This document shows, in pieces, positions 37,698-49,046 of a stretch of DNA of 64,000 nucleotides. Location: the NCBI GenBank assembly GCA_041660165.1, contig JBAZWW010000001.1, positions 28,009 through 92,008 of the forward strand, given 5' to 3'. Below the pieces are notes generated by a model. The model made no database searches. It was not told where the DNA came from and saw nothing but the letters and a program-made list of their open reading frames with translations. Position 1 is the stretch's first letter, and each line of letters starts with the position of its first letter. Origin of the DNA: Patescibacteria group bacterium (GTDB taxonomy: Bacteria; Patescibacteriota; Patescibacteriia; UBA9934). A program made the translations under genes and the position numbers.

Positions 37698-39587
37698 ATG
37701 GACCCCAAAGAGGAAATAAAGCAAAAGCTCGATGTTGCGGAAGTTATTGCCGAGTATGTGACGCTCAAGCCCGCGGGTTCGGGCGCTTTTAAGGGTTTGT
37801 GCCCGTTTCATTCGGAGCGCACGCCAAGCTTTCATGTGTCGAGGGAACGGCAGATTTTTAAGTGCTTTGGATGCGATAAGGGAGGAGATGTTTTTTCTTT
37901 TGTCATGGAGATGGAAGGACTGAATTTTGTCGAGGCCTTAAAAATGCTCGCCAAGCGGGCGGGTGTTGAACTGCCCGAATACAAACCAACGCCCGGAGGG
38001 AATAGGGCGGACGTTCTGCTTGAGATTCATGAAGCCGCGGCCAAGTTTTACGAAATTGTTTTGCACGAGTGGCCTCGCTCGGTCTCAGCCCGCGAGTACA
38101 TTGCCAAACGAAAGTTGAGCGATGCCATGGTCCTGAAATTCCGTCTCGGCGCTTCACCGGATGATTGGGATTCGCTCGCCCTCCATTTGAAGAAGAAGGG
38201 GTATAGCGAGGAGTTGCTCGTAGAGAGCGGTTTGTGCTTGAAGCGCAAAAGCGGGAGCGGAGTGATCGATAGATTCAGAAATCGCATCATGGTCCCGCTC
38301 TGTGATCCCAACGGGCATGTGGTCGGGTTCACTGCTCGAATTCTGCCGGGAGCGGGGGATGAGGAAGCGAAGTACATTAACTCGCCAGAGACACCGATCT
38401 ATCATAAGGGAGCGGTGCTTTATGGTTTGCATCTCGGCAAGAGCGGGATTCGGAAAGCGGGGGAGGTGATTGTTGTCGAGGGCAACCTTGACGTCATCGC
38501 TTCGCATTCGGCGGGTGTTGAGAACGTTGTGGCAAGCTCGGGAACCGCTCTGACCGAGGCGCAATTACGCACACTTTTCCGTTACACCAAACGGCTCGTT
38601 TTTTGCCTTGACGATGACGCTGCCGGATTTGCAGCGGCCAAGCGAGTCTTTGCGCTGGCACTGGAACTGCAGACGAAGGATCCGTCCCTCGACGTGTCCT
38701 TGCGATGCATTGTGATCCCTTCGGGAGCGGGGAAGGATCCGGACGATGTGGTCCAGAAGGATCCCGAGCTCTGGAGAAAGATCGCCGTTCACTCGACGGA
38801 AATAGTCGAGTACTATTTCGAAAAGACTTTGCGTTCGTTTGATGAGAAAACAGACTCGAGCATGGAAGCTAGGCGAAAGCTGGTTGACGAACTTTTGCCC
38901 GAAGTTGCCAAACTTGTCCGCGAAGACGAACGGCATTTGTATTTGCTCAGGCTTGCTGACGCCACGCACGTCAGCGTGGATATCTTGCGGACCATGATGA
39001 CGAAAATTGTTTTGCCGAAAAAAATTGGAGCGTCGAATTCATCCGTTCCCCTTCGCCGTACGGGCGATGCTCGTATTGCCCCAATCGCCCCCTCAGAATC
39101 CGCCTCCCCAGAGACCCAGCGAACAAGAGCCTCCGCCTTTCTTTTAGGTGTTGCCCTCAAGTACGAAAAGGCTGCCGGCGAGGTTTTGAAACGGGTGCCA
39201 CTCGACGTTTTGGAGGATCCGTGGAAAACGCTTTACAGGGAACTCGGAGTGGTTTACAATGCCGGTCAAACGCAACCAAGCACCGCCCCACAGCAATCGC
39301 TATTTTTACGACTACGCGCCCATCTCGATGGGCAAGGCTCGCCACGATTTATTTCCGTGGTTGATGCCCTTGCTCTCAGAATTGACGAGATGCTGGCCCG
39401 TCTGTCGCCAAAGGACGTGCGTGCAGAAGTTGATCGTCACTTAATTCTCTTTACAAGGGAACGTCAGCAAGAGCGGAGAAAAGACTTAGAATCAAAGATT
39501 CGCCAGGCAGAAATTGCTGGTGATCACGTTCTGCTTTCTTCCCTCATGGACGAATATAACCATCTGCTACAGGACAAAGAGGTTTAG
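37698..39587 (+). CDS. dnaG: DNA primase
   Basis: CHC2 zinc finger [13 protein letters not shown]...CFGC, followed by a TOPRIM domain. Confidence 0.9.
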   Translation: MDPKEEIKQKLDVAEVIAEYVTLKPAGSGAFKGLCPFHSERTPSFHVSRERQIFKCFGCDKGGDVFSFVMEMEGLNFVEALKMLAKRAGVELPEYKPTPGGNRADVLLEIHEAAAKFYEIVLHEWPRSVSAREYIAKRKLSDAMVLKFRLGASPDDWDSLALHLKKKGYSEELLVESGLCLKRKSGSGVIDRFRNRIMVPLCDPNGHVVGFTARILPGAGDEEAKYINSPETPIYHKGAVLYGLHLGKSGIRKAGEVIVVEGNLDVIASHSAGVENVVASSGTALTEAQLRTLFRYTKRLVFCLDDDAAGFAAAKRVFALALELQTKDPSLDVSLRCIVIPSGAGKDPDDVVQKDPELWRKIAVHSTEIVEYYFEKTLRSFDEKTDSSMEARRKLVDELLPEVAKLVREDERHLYLLRLADATHVSVDILRTMMTKIVLPKKIGASNSSVPLRRTGDARIAPIAPSESASPETQRTRASAFLLGVALKYEKAAGEVLKRVPLDVLEDPWKTLYRELGVVYNAGQTQPSTAPQQSLFLRLRAHLDGQGSPRFISVVDALALRIDEMLARLSPKDVRAEVDRHLILFTRERQQERRKDLESKIRQAEIAGDHVLLSSLMDEYNHLLQDKEV

Positions 39588-39610
39588 GCCTCTTCTCCCG
39601 CGGCGTTTTT

Positions 39611-40897
39611 ATGGCGAAGAAATCAATGTCAGGTAGGGGTCGACCCGTGCGTCAACCCTCGAGCAAACCCGTTAAACCCGCAAAATCCGGCAAAGCCGGA
39701 TCCGGTTCCGCCGGAAAGGTTCTCACAAAGAAACCGGTCAAACAAACCAAGCCTGTGCAGGCAAATAAACCGCCTGTCCATTTGGTTGTTGATAAGAAAA
39801 GTCCTCCGCCGTCAGAAGAAACCATGAACCGCTTGATTGAACGCGGAATGACGCGCGGTTTTGTGACGGAAAGCGAAGTGTCTTTCGCCTTTAACTATGT
39901 TGAGGATCACCTTGAACTATTCGAGGAGTTTCTCGAAAGACTTGAGAAGAAGGGTCTGCACTTTATTGAGATGCAGGGCGGACTGCTCGGTGGCGGAAAG
40001 TCTCGCGATGACGTGTATGAGAAACTGCGCATGACCGTGGACAAAAAGAACGATAGCGTTCTGTCTGCTGAACTGACGCAGGACAGCATCCAGATGTATT
40101 TGCGGGAGATCGGTAAGATTCCCTTGTTGAATGCGGAAGAAGAAGTTGCGCTAGCCAAGAGAAAAGAACGCAATGAGAAGGAAGCTGAGCGTCGGCTTAT
40201 CGAAGCCAACCTTCGTCTTGTGGTTTCAATTGCCAAGAAATTTGTGGGCAAGCAATTGTCCTTGCTTGATCTTATTCAGGAAGGAAACGTCGGACTTTTC
40301 CGAGCCGTAAAAAAGTTCGAGTACCGGAAAGGCTACAAGTTTTCAACGTATGCCACGTGGTGGATCCGCCAAGCAATTACCAGAGCTCTGGCCGACCAGT
40401 CACGAACCATCCGTATTCCGGTCCACATGGTGGAGACGATCAACCGTTACAAGCAGGTTGAGCGCCGTTTGATTCAAGACCTTGGACGCGAACCGTTGCT
40501 TGAAGAATTAGCCGCGGAAATGGGCATGGCCTTGGAAAAGGTTCAGCACATTCAGAAAATTTCGCAGGAAACTGTTTCGCTTGACACCTCAGTCGGCGAT
40601 GATGATGACGATTCCACGCTCGGTGATTTCGTTGTCGATGTCAAAAACATTGCCCCGGACAAAGCCGCTGCCCGCCAGCTCCTGCGCGACTACGTGCTTG
40701 AAGCGATGCGTGATCTCACTCCGCGCGAACAGAAAATACTGGAAATGCGTTTCGGCCTTGAGGATGGCGTCTCCCACACACTCGAGGAAGTGGGCCGAGA
40801 GTTTGACGTTACCCGCGAGCGCATCCGCCAAATTGAAGCCAAAGCCCTCGAAAAAATCCAACAGAAAGAAATTATTCAGAAGTTGAGAGACTACTAA
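39611..40897 (+). CDS. rpoD: RNA polymerase primary sigma factor (sigma-70)
   Basis: Regions 1.2 to 4 are present: [41 protein letters not shown] and a region 4 HTH. Confidence 0.92.
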   Translation: MAKKSMSGRGRPVRQPSSKPVKPAKSGKAGSGSAGKVLTKKPVKQTKPVQANKPPVHLVVDKKSPPPSEETMNRLIERGMTRGFVTESEVSFAFNYVEDHLELFEEFLERLEKKGLHFIEMQGGLLGGGKSRDDVYEKLRMTVDKKNDSVLSAELTQDSIQMYLREIGKIPLLNAEEEVALAKRKERNEKEAERRLIEANLRLVVSIAKKFVGKQLSLLDLIQEGNVGLFRAVKKFEYRKGYKFSTYATWWIRQAITRALADQSRTIRIPVHMVETINRYKQVERRLIQDLGREPLLEELAAEMGMALEKVQHIQKISQETVSLDTSVGDDDDDSTLGDFVVDVKNIAPDKAAARQLLRDYVLEAMRDLTPREQKILEMRFGLEDGVSHTLEEVGREFDVTRERIRQIEAKALEKIQQKEIIQKLRDY

Positions 40898-41040
40898 TGG
40901 TTAGGCTCGAGGGAGTATTGCTGACGCCCGCTCGGAATAAAGGCTCCCAGGAGGTCGCCTCCATCGTATTTTCAGTAATAGGTTAGACCGACTAGAGCCG
41001 GCCGAGCCAGTCAGTAATACTCCCGAGAGCAACGATCCAT

Positions 41041-41616
41041 ATGAAATTAATCCTCGGCTCAAGCTCCAAATATCGCCAGCAGGTTTTACGGGAGGCGGGG
41101 ATTGTGTTTGAGGTGATGAAGCCGGAAATTGATGAGAAGGCCATTCGGTTTGCGGATCCCGATCAGCTCGTACTCGCCGTTGCGAATGCTAAAGCTGATG
41201 CGCTCCTCGCAAAGATTAAAGAGCCGGCGATTCTCATTACTTCGGATCAAGTTGTTTTGTGCGAGGGTAAAATTCGGGAAAAGGCGGAGAGCAGGGAAGA
41301 GGCGGAGAGATTTTTGAAATCGTATATCACGCACCCCCTTGAGGTGGCGAACGGCATTGTGGTGGTGAACACTGCCACAGGCAAGCGCGTACAAACGGTT
41401 CATCGCGAAAGCATTTCCTATGACGCAGGTTTTGCGGAGGTCATTCCCGAATTGCTTGAGGCGCCGGACACCATGCACTGCGCTGGCGCCATCATGACGG
41501 AGCATCCGCTGGCCAGAAAACACATAGCCATGATGACAGGCACGCAGGCCGGTTTCATGGGCATGCCTCTTGACGTAGTGCGTGGCTTGATTAAAAATGT
41601 TGAGGAGGTTTGTTAA
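41041..41616 (+). CDS. maf: Maf-like nucleoside triphosphate pyrophosphatase
   Basis: LILGSSSKYRQQVLREAG... Confidence 0.8.
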   Translation: MKLILGSSSKYRQQVLREAGIVFEVMKPEIDEKAIRFADPDQLVLAVANAKADALLAKIKEPAILITSDQVVLCEGKIREKAESREEAERFLKSYITHPLEVANGIVVVNTATGKRVQTVHRESISYDAGFAEVIPELLEAPDTMHCAGAIMTEHPLARKHIAMMTGTQAGFMGMPLDVVRGLIKNVEEVC

Positions 41617-42082
41617 AGTATTCTTTAACGTTCTTGGTATGTGTTCCATGAAATATTCGCGTGAATGCGGTGCGGTCTTGATTGGAGCGGGAATACTGTT
41701 TGGCATTATTGCCTTGAGTTTCCTGGCGCAAAACATTCGTCTTGCGCGCGTGGGTCACGCGGATGTTGGTACGTACGCCATTGACGGCCAGCGTCCTAAT
41801 GCTGTGAAGTCAGCGGGTATTCCGGGTTTCAAAACGTATTACGTGGACTACGTGTATTTTGGAAAACAGTTTGAAGAGAAACTTTCCGGCAGTGCTCGCG
41901 CCTCTGCGCCTCTCCCCGGCCACGGCGTAGAAATCATGGTGGATGATGAGCATCCGGACCGCGTGTACAGCGGGCAATATGTAAACAATGGGGCGATGCG
42001 GTTAATTGCATCCTTGGTGTTTTCTTTTGTTGCTTTTGCGCTCGGTGGTGTCTGTTTAGCGAAGGGGCGGAAAACCGTTTAA
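41597..42082 (+). CDS. Hypothetical membrane protein (two TM helices flanking a soluble domain, DUF3592-like)
   Basis: Topology only. Confidence 0.4.
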   Translation: MLRRFVKVFFNVLGMCSMKYSRECGAVLIGAGILFGIIALSFLAQNIRLARVGHADVGTYAIDGQRPNAVKSAGIPGFKTYYVDYVYFGKQFEEKLSGSARASAPLPGHGVEIMVDDEHPDRVYSGQYVNNGAMRLIASLVFSFVAFALGGVCLAKGRKTV

Positions 42083-42101
42083 GTACGACTTTTCTCAAGA
42101 T

Positions 42102-42767
42102 GTGAATCAGACCCTGTATATTTTTATTGATGAGTCGGGAAATTTTGATTTTAGCCCGAAGGGTACGAAATTTTTTGTTTTGACCGCTGTTTCAACAACG
42201 GAGCCATCCTTTTGCCGTGAACAATTTCTCGATGCGAAATATGAGCTGTTAAAAGAGGGTTTATGCGGGGAGGAGTTTCATGCCACAGAGGACTCCCAGC
42301 GAGTTCGCAACATCATGTTTGGACACATTGAGCGTATCGGACGTTTGTCGATCGATTCGGTCATAGCGCAGAAGAATAAGGCGAATCCCGCTCTTTATCC
42401 ACCAGAGATCTTTTATAAATTGATTTCTCAAACTCTGCTCAAATATATTTTTCAGCGTTATCGCGAGCACGAACAGATCGATCAGATTGTGATTGTACTC
42501 GGATCGATATTTAACTCGACGAAACAAGGTTATATCCTAAAGAGTTTGAAACAGTATCTGAAGAATACGTTCGCTAAACCGTTCCGTATTTATTTTCATC
42601 AAGCCTGTTCAGACATCAATTGTCAGATTGCCGATTACTGCGGGTGGGCGATCTATGTAAACATGACAAGAAACGAGCCTCGTCCGTTGTTCGTGATACG
42701 TCCGTATGTACAGAGTATGTTCGAAATTTTTGAATCCGGAGTAACGGAGTTCTATGAAAATAAATGA
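42102..42767 (+). CDS. DUF3800-family protein
   Basis: N-terminal LYIFIDESGNFDF is the DUF3800 signature. The gene is AT-rich. Confidence 0.6.
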   Translation: MNQTLYIFIDESGNFDFSPKGTKFFVLTAVSTTEPSFCREQFLDAKYELLKEGLCGEEFHATEDSQRVRNIMFGHIERIGRLSIDSVIAQKNKANPALYPPEIFYKLISQTLLKYIFQRYREHEQIDQIVIVLGSIFNSTKQGYILKSLKQYLKNTFAKPFRIYFHQACSDINCQIADYCGWAIYVNMTRNEPRPLFVIRPYVQSMFEIFESGVTEFYENK

Positions 42768-42918
42768 CCACCCAGCCTATCCCTTTCAGGAAGAGCCCGG
42801 GGGCTCGTGTCAGCAAGGTGGAACCTTTGAATCGAGTATACACGAACAGAATGAATTGTGACAGGTAGCGATAGATGCCAACAGAAAAACCGCCAGTTTA
42901 GGCGGTTTTCTTTGTCTC

Positions 42919-44730
42919 TTAAACATCGTTTGGCTTGGCCCGGTCTGCGCGCTTGCGGTCGTTTTCGTTCAGGTACTTCTTGCGCATGCGGACGTTTTGC
43001 GGGGTGACTTCCACGTATTCGTCGTTGTCGATGTACTCGAGGGCGCGTTCAAGGTTCATGTCAATGGCTGGCGTGATGACCACAATGTGATCAGCGGAAG
43101 AAGCGCGCATGTTCGTCAGTTGCTTTTCCTTCACGGCGTTCACGGTCATGGTTTCCTTAGCGCTTTCGCCAATGACCATGCCCTCATAAATTTCTGTGCC
43201 CGGAGCCACGAACATCGCCCCGCGCTCTTGGATCATGGCCAAGGCGTAGGGCGTGGTCTTGCCCATATCACCGGAAATGATAGAGCCGGCAACACGACGG
43301 CTGATTTCGCCCTTATGCGGGGCATAGCCGGAGAAGATATGAGAGAACGTTCCCTGACCCTTGGTGCTGGTCATGAATTCCGTTCGGAAGCCCAAGATAC
43401 CGCGGGTAGGCATGGTGTATTCAAGTCTGGTCGAGCCGTTTTCGCTCATCATGTTTGTCATCTCGCCCTTGCGCTTGCCAAGTTTTTCAATGATTGCTCC
43501 GGAGAATTCGTCGGGGACATCAATCACTACAGATTCCATTGGTTCCATTTTGACACCGTTTTCGGTTTTCAAAATAACCTGTGGCTGGGAAACCTGAAGC
43601 TCAAATCCTTCACGGCGCATCTGCTCGATCAAAATAGCCAGGTGCATTTCGCCACGGCCGGACACGCGGAACTCACCATCGCTGTCTGGGAAGTCAACAT
43701 GCAGTCCCACGTTGATCTCCAGCTCGCGCTCAAGACGTTCGCGGATTTGACGTGACGTTACGAGCGAACCCTCGCGTCCCGCAAACGGGGAAGAGTTCGG
43801 CATGAAGTTCATGGTCAGCGTCGGGCCGTCAATCGCCAGGGTTGGCAAGGCTTCCGCCTCCGGTGACTCGGCAATCGTTTCGCCTACATAAATGTCCGGG
43901 AAACCAGCCACCTGCACAATGTCTCCTGACACGGCTTCATTCACCTCAACCTTGGTGAGCCCCTGGTGGGTGTACAGTTTGGTAATTTTTCCGGTGTAGC
44001 GCGTGCCGTCTTGTTTGATCACGGTTACAGTGGAGTTCATCTTCACAATGCCTTCCACAATACGACCAACAGCAATACGACCAACGTAGTTGTCGTATTT
44101 CAGGTTCGCCACCTGCATGCGCATGGGTTTTTCCGTTTCACTTTTTGCGGGCGGAACGGTTTTCAAAATGAGGTCAAAGAGCGGACGGAGGTCCTTGCTC
44201 TCATCCGTCAGCTCCAGCTTGGCGATGCCTTGCTTGCCAATAGAGTAGATGTGCTTGAAGTCGAGTTGTGCATCCGTGGCTCCGAGCTCAACGAACAGAT
44301 CAAAGATCTGGTTCAACACCCAATCAGGGCGAGCGGTCGGCTTGTCAATCTTGTTGATCACCACAATCGGTTTGAGGCCAAGGGCGAGCGACTTGCGCAG
44401 GACGAACTTCGTTTGAGGCATTGGGCCCTCGTACGCATCAACAAGTAGAAGAACAGAGTCCACCATGCGGAGTACTCGCTCAACTTCACTGCCAAAGTCT
44501 GCGTGTCCCGGGGTATCAACAATGTTGATTTTGACCCCGTCAACCACAATAGCCGTGTTCTTGGCGTAAATGGTAATCCCGCGCTCGCGTTCGAGTTCGT
44601 TAGAATCCATGACGCAATCCTGAATAATGTCACGGTCATTAAACGTGCCAGACTGTTTGAGCATGGCATCCACTAAAGTGGTCTTACCGTGGTCAACGTG
44701 GGCAATGATAGCGATGTTGCGGAATTCCAT
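42919..44730 (-). CDS. typA: Translational GTPase TypA/BipA
   Basis: [16 protein letters not shown]1 motif with EF-G-like domains. The ORF-track start 44796 is probably too early. Confidence 0.9.
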   Translation of the reverse strand: MEFRNIAIIAHVDHGKTTLVDAMLKQSGTFNDRDIIQDCVMDSNELERERGITIYAKNTAIVVDGVKINIVDTPGHADFGSEVERVLRMVDSVLLLVDAYEGPMPQTKFVLRKSLALGLKPIVVINKIDKPTARPDWVLNQIFDLFVELGATDAQLDFKHIYSIGKQGIAKLELTDESKDLRPLFDLILKTVPPAKSETEKPMRMQVANLKYDNYVGRIAVGRIVEGIVKMNSTVTVIKQDGTRYTGKITKLYTHQGLTKVEVNEAVSGDIVQVAGFPDIYVGETIAESPEAEALPTLAIDGPTLTMNFMPNSSPFAGREGSLVTSRQIRERLERELEINVGLHVDFPDSDGEFRVSGRGEMHLAILIEQMRREGFELQVSQPQVILKTENGVKMEPMESVVIDVPDEFSGAIIEKLGKRKGEMTNMMSENGSTRLEYTMPTRGILGFRTEFMTSTKGQGTFSHIFSGYAPHKGEISRRVAGSIISGDMGKTTPYALAMIQERGAMFVAPGTEIYEGMVIGESAKETMTVNAVKEKQLTNMRASSADHIVVITPAIDMNLERALEYIDNDEYVEVTPQNVRMRKKYLNENDRKRADRAKPNDV

Positions 44731-44989
44731 AAGTGGCGGAAGTATAGAGGAGAGTCTGGGAACTGTCAACGAATAGATGTGTACTTTTTTAGCCAAAGTA
44801 AGCCAAGTAATAAGCCTTTAGTCAGGATTATCCGTCCTCATCACCCCGTTTTTTGACAAACCTTAGCGATTTAAGTAGGATCCCGGGTCCGTCCTCTCCC
44901 TCACGGGGATGATTGGACGGTGCGACTTGAGTGCAGTGATGACAGTGACGATAGAGTTTGCCGGCGGATTCCCCGCCACGGAGGCAATA

Positions 44990-47632
44990 ATGGATACCAG
45001 TTCGGTTTTCAAGGCGGTAATGCGCTTCGCAACGATGAGCTTCGTGCTCCTCGCGGCGTGTGGAACGAAGGACGGCCTCCCGTCCGGGGCAACCCGGATC
45101 AACAACGAAGCCGAAATGCGTACGTGTGCGAATGAGCAGCGGTTGTTGGCCGGACAGGACCTCGACCGCGACGGTGTGGGCGGGCCGATCCAGTGGTGCC
45201 TGGACCCGCTGGCAGTCGTTCCGCACCTCAGCACGTCCACCGGCGACTGCAATGATGAAAACCCTGCCGTGTTTCCGGGCGCCGTCGAGATCGCGAACAA
45301 GATCGACGACGACTGCGACGGCTTGGTGGACGACAGCTCGATTACGTCCGTCATGGACTGTAAGTCGAATCTGGACGGCGACAACTACGCCTCCACGCTC
45401 GGCGTCATGCACAGCGAGGATTTGGACTGCCTGGATGCGGGGGAAGCCCCGGCGTCCACGCAGGGTGGCGACTGTGATGACACGCAGGCGGGCATCTACC
45501 CGTTCGCACCTGAGACGTGCAACGGTAAGGATGATGGTTGCGATGATATCATCGACAACGCCCTGGGGTACACCGATTTCCACGCGGACAAGGACGCGGA
45601 CAGCTTCGGTTCTGCCACGGACATCGTGAACTCGTGCGCCCAACCCGCGAACTACGTGAACAACCAGAACGGCGTGGACTGTGACGACGCTCACGCGTCT
45701 GCGCACCCCGGCGGGACGGAAGTCTGCGACGCCCTCGACAACAACTGCAACGGCACCGCGGACGAGGGGTTGGGCTGTAACGCGTTCTACTTCACGGACG
45801 CGGACAAGGACAGCTACGGCAATCCCGTCACGGCTCACACCATCGCGGTAGCTGGCGACGTCACGAACGGTCTGGACTGCGACGACGCGAACGTGCTCCG
45901 CAATCCCGGCAAGGTCGAAGTCCAGGGCAACGGCCTCGACGACGACTGCGACGACGGTACGTCGGACAACCCGGGCAAGTTCTGCCGGGACTTCGACAAC
46001 GACGGCGTGGGCGACGAGCTCTACGGAACGCGCACTACGGCGCAGGCCGGGTACGTGGCGTCGTGCGACGACTGTCGCGACGACTTGAACCCTGTCCATC
46101 CGGGCGCGATCGAGGTCATCGGCGACGAGGTCGACAACGACTGCAACCCCGTCACGAAGGATACGGTCACGACCGGCACGTACTACGCGGACAAGGACGG
46201 GGACACCTACGGCGACAAGTCCGTGGTGGTCACCGTGGCCACGCCCGGGTACGTGGTGGACAGCACCGACTGCAACGACAACGACAAGACGGCTCACCCC
46301 GGCGCCACGGAAGTGGTGGGCGACGGCGTGGACCAGGACTGCAGCGGGTTCGAGGTCTGCTTCCTCGACAACGATAGCGATAAGTTCCGTGACACCTCGG
46401 GACAGCTCTACAACTCCAACGACCTCGACTGCGTGGATACGCGCGAGGCCGGAATCGGGGTCCCGACCACGGACTGCGATGACAACGACCCCACCATCAA
46501 CCCGAACGTCACGGAGGTGATCGGCGACCAGAAGGACCAGAACTGTGATGGGAAAGAGGTCTGCTACCTCGACATCGACCAGGACGGCTTCCGGTTCATC
46601 GGAAGCCCGAACGATACGTACGACAGCAATACCGATGTGGACTGTCTCGACAAGTTCGAGGCCTCGGCCGCGACTCCGGCAACGGACTGCGCCGAAATCG
46701 ACAAAAACATTCACCCCGGCGCGATGGAGATCCCGGCCGACGGGATCGACCAGAACTGCGACGGCAAGGAGGTCTGCTGGCGGGACGTGGACGACGACGA
46801 TTACCGGAAGGACACCACTTCCACGATCGACTCGTCGGACATGGACTGCGTGGATACGCAGGAAGCGGTGGCCACCACCGTGGACTGCAACGACAAGAAC
46901 GATACGGTTCACCCCAACGCGACGGAGACGTGTAACAGCGTCGACGACAACTGCGACGGCAAGGTGGACGAGAACGCCACGGGCACCACGTGGTACGCAG
47001 ATACGGACAAGGACGGTTACGGGAACGGTTCCGTGACCGCCGTCGGATGCACGGCCCCCACGGGCTTCGTGTCGGACAAGACCGACTGCGACGACGCGCA
47101 CGCGTTGAGTTACCCTGGCAAGGTCGAGGTCTGCGATGCCCTGGACAACAACTGCGACGGGCTCGTGGACAACGGTCTCACGTGCTCGAACAATCCCCCG
47201 CCTCCCCAGGGGATCTGCCCCACGGGCCAGCGGAGGTACACCGGCACGTTCCAGGTCGGGAGCGCGATCGAGGGCCCGAACATCCTCGACGTGTACGGTA
47301 GCGTGACTGGCGGAGGCGTGAACGAGTTCCCCGCTGGCAGCTGGACCAACGTGGCGCGGTTCCACGTGACCAGGCGCGGAGGCACGGCCACGTTCACGGA
47401 CGAGTCCTGTGTGGCGGATGGCGCCACGGTCCTGTTCTCGGTCTATCTCAAGGACCGCAACGGCCAGGACCACTGGAGCGCGGAAGGTGGTCGCAACGGC
47501 TGTAGCGTGACCGGGGATACTATGGCCCTGGCGAACAGTGCCACGCTCGCGCACGCGTGGATTCCCACCACGCCCGTGTGGAACGGCTACACGGACATTC
47601 GCGAGGGCTGTAACATCAAGTGGCCCTTCTAG
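44990..47632 (+). CDS. GC-rich lipoprotein with about 10 Cys/Asp-rich repeats (MopE-like putative metal-binding motif) and DxDxDG calcium-type motifs
   Basis: RBS GGAGG lies 7 nt upstream of the ATG. Signal peptide and lipobox LLAAC. Repeats of the form DCDD...HPGAxExCDxxDNDCDG and DKDGDTYGD. The opposite strand carries a 908-aa stop-free shadow ORF. Confidence 0.8.
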   Translation: MDTSSVFKAVMRFATMSFVLLAACGTKDGLPSGATRINNEAEMRTCANEQRLLAGQDLDRDGVGGPIQWCLDPLAVVPHLSTSTGDCNDENPAVFPGAVEIANKIDDDCDGLVDDSSITSVMDCKSNLDGDNYASTLGVMHSEDLDCLDAGEAPASTQGGDCDDTQAGIYPFAPETCNGKDDGCDDIIDNALGYTDFHADKDADSFGSATDIVNSCAQPANYVNNQNGVDCDDAHASAHPGGTEVCDALDNNCNGTADEGLGCNAFYFTDADKDSYGNPVTAHTIAVAGDVTNGLDCDDANVLRNPGKVEVQGNGLDDDCDDGTSDNPGKFCRDFDNDGVGDELYGTRTTAQAGYVASCDDCRDDLNPVHPGAIEVIGDEVDNDCNPVTKDTVTTGTYYADKDGDTYGDKSVVVTVATPGYVVDSTDCNDNDKTAHPGATEVVGDGVDQDCSGFEVCFLDNDSDKFRDTSGQLYNSNDLDCVDTREAGIGVPTTDCDDNDPTINPNVTEVIGDQKDQNCDGKEVCYLDIDQDGFRFIGSPNDTYDSNTDVDCLDKFEASAATPATDCAEIDKNIHPGAMEIPADGIDQNCDGKEVCWRDVDDDDYRKDTTSTIDSSDMDCVDTQEAVATTVDCNDKNDTVHPNATETCNSVDDNCDGKVDENATGTTWYADTDKDGYGNGSVTAVGCTAPTGFVSDKTDCDDAHALSYPGKVEVCDALDNNCDGLVDNGLTCSNNPPPPQGICPTGQRRYTGTFQVGSAIEGPNILDVYGSVTGGGVNEFPAGSWTNVARFHVTRRGGTATFTDESCVADGATVLFSVYLKDRNGQDHWSAEGGRNGCSVTGDTMALANSATLAHAWIPTTPVWNGYTDIREGCNIKWPF

Positions 47633-47744
47633 GGAGCCAGCGGACGACGGCCATCAGGTGACACATTCGGGAGCGTAATCCCGATTCGGAAGGGCGGCAC
47701 CGCGTGTGCCGCCCTTTTTCTATTTGTGATAAAGTGTCGGGGAT

Positions 47745-48947
47745 ATGCCCAAACCATTTTTGCCAGCGTTTGCTGACCTCTCGCAGGATATTGCGGGGGA
47801 GATACCCGTGGGAATAATCGAAGACTGGATTCAGAGTGACGGCAGTGCTGAGGCGCACGCCAGGATACTCGCCTCTTTTGAACGGCGGGGAACATTTGTG
47901 TCATCTGACTCGGCGGGACTGTCGAAATTAGCGCTCGGTAAATCTTTGATCGAGGTGATGAAGCTGGTTAGTCAGCCGAAGGAAATTATTCACGCGCTTG
48001 GCACGGCCATTGGCGGGCAGGCAGTGGGCATTTGGATCGCTGACAACACGCAGATGTTTTACCCGTCGAGCGTTCCTGTTGAGCACGTTGTTCGTCAGAT
48101 GCTCGCCGTTCAAAACGAGGCCTCGAAATGTTTAGTGAAAGTCGGCCTTGGTATTCATGTTGGCGTGGTGTATGAAATTGGCGGGGGATTGTATGGCGCT
48201 GATGCGGATGATGTTGAGCATGCCACTGAGGAAGAGTCTAAGGCGGGGGAGGTGATGGTGTCAAAGGCCGTTAAAGGAATAATTGGCGAATCATTCACGG
48301 TTGATAATGAGCGCGCGGGCTATGACATCCTCAAGCGCTCGCCTGGTGACTCGCCGATCAAACATGGTACAAACAATCGTTACCCCGCGCCGTTTGATGC
48401 CAAGTTTTTTGACGAGCTTCAGATGCTCGATCTCACGAATAAGGAATCGGTCGCTGAACTTGAACGTGCTCGTCTCCAAGCTCGAACCGTTGTTCTTCTT
48501 CGAGTATTTCATGCGCCCGAAGAATTGCTTTTGAACACGCTCACTAAGGGAGTCTCGACTAACTCGCTTATGAATAATGTGCTCAAGCGCTATGACTGTA
48601 ACCTCATTAACATGAACGGCAGTTTGATGATCGTGACCCTCGAAAAACCGGCCGAGGCAGTTGATTTGGCCCTCGCTCTCCATGAAACAGCGCGCGAGAA
48701 TGAGCTTACTGCGAACGTAGGCGTCGTAGCTGGCGACGTTCTCATCTTTGACCTTGGCCACGGCAAAGAACAAATTGCCGGCTCGCCCGTGAACGTTGCG
48801 TCAAAGCTTGCCGAGGACACAGACGAGCGTAACGCGGTTTTTCTTGAATCCTCAGTTGCTGAGCATGCTCCCCAGCATGGACTGACCTCTGCCTTCACTG
48901 TTTCTAAGTCCGGCGTTGAGCTGACGGGAATTCGTGTATCATTCTAA
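47745..48947 (+). CDS. Protein with two tandem class III nucleotidyl cyclase homology (CHD)-like domains
   Basis: FVSSDSAGLSKLAL, GIHVGVVYEIGGGLYGADADDVEHATE and NVGVVAGDVLIFDLGHGKEQIAGSPVNVASKLAE. Confidence 0.5.
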   Translation: MPKPFLPAFADLSQDIAGEIPVGIIEDWIQSDGSAEAHARILASFERRGTFVSSDSAGLSKLALGKSLIEVMKLVSQPKEIIHALGTAIGGQAVGIWIADNTQMFYPSSVPVEHVVRQMLAVQNEASKCLVKVGLGIHVGVVYEIGGGLYGADADDVEHATEEESKAGEVMVSKAVKGIIGESFTVDNERAGYDILKRSPGDSPIKHGTNNRYPAPFDAKFFDELQMLDLTNKESVAELERARLQARTVVLLRVFHAPEELLLNTLTKGVSTNSLMNNVLKRYDCNLINMNGSLMIVTLEKPAEAVDLALALHETARENELTANVGVVAGDVLIFDLGHGKEQIAGSPVNVASKLAEDTDERNAVFLESSVAEHAPQHGLTSAFTVSKSGVELTGIRVSF

Positions 48948-48949
48948 TG

Positions 48950-49030
48950 TCTCCACCCTGAGCTATGCGAAGGGTCCGACTTTCACCGGTGAGGGTCGGA
49001 TCCTTCACTGTCGTTCAGGATGGGATGGGC
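48950..49030 (+). repeat. Same intergenic repeat family, copy C, with inverted termini
   Basis: ccaccctgagctatgcgaagggtccgactttcaccggtgagggtcggatcc...caggatgggatgg. Confidence 0.55.
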
Positions 49031-49046
49031 TGAAACCTGATTTTCT

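Noticed and set aside
42997-43755. 252-aa + strand ORF
   Set aside because: It is antisense to typA.
44828-47554. 908-aa - strand ORF, plus + strand ORFs 45060-45629, 46063-46377, 46545-47036 and 46990-47301, overlapping the GC-rich lipoprotein gene
   Set aside because: These are stop-poor shadow frames of a ~65% GC gene. They are Arg/Gly/Val/Ala-rich low-complexity translations with no start context. The + frame carrying an RBS, a lipobox and ordered Cys repeats is the real gene.
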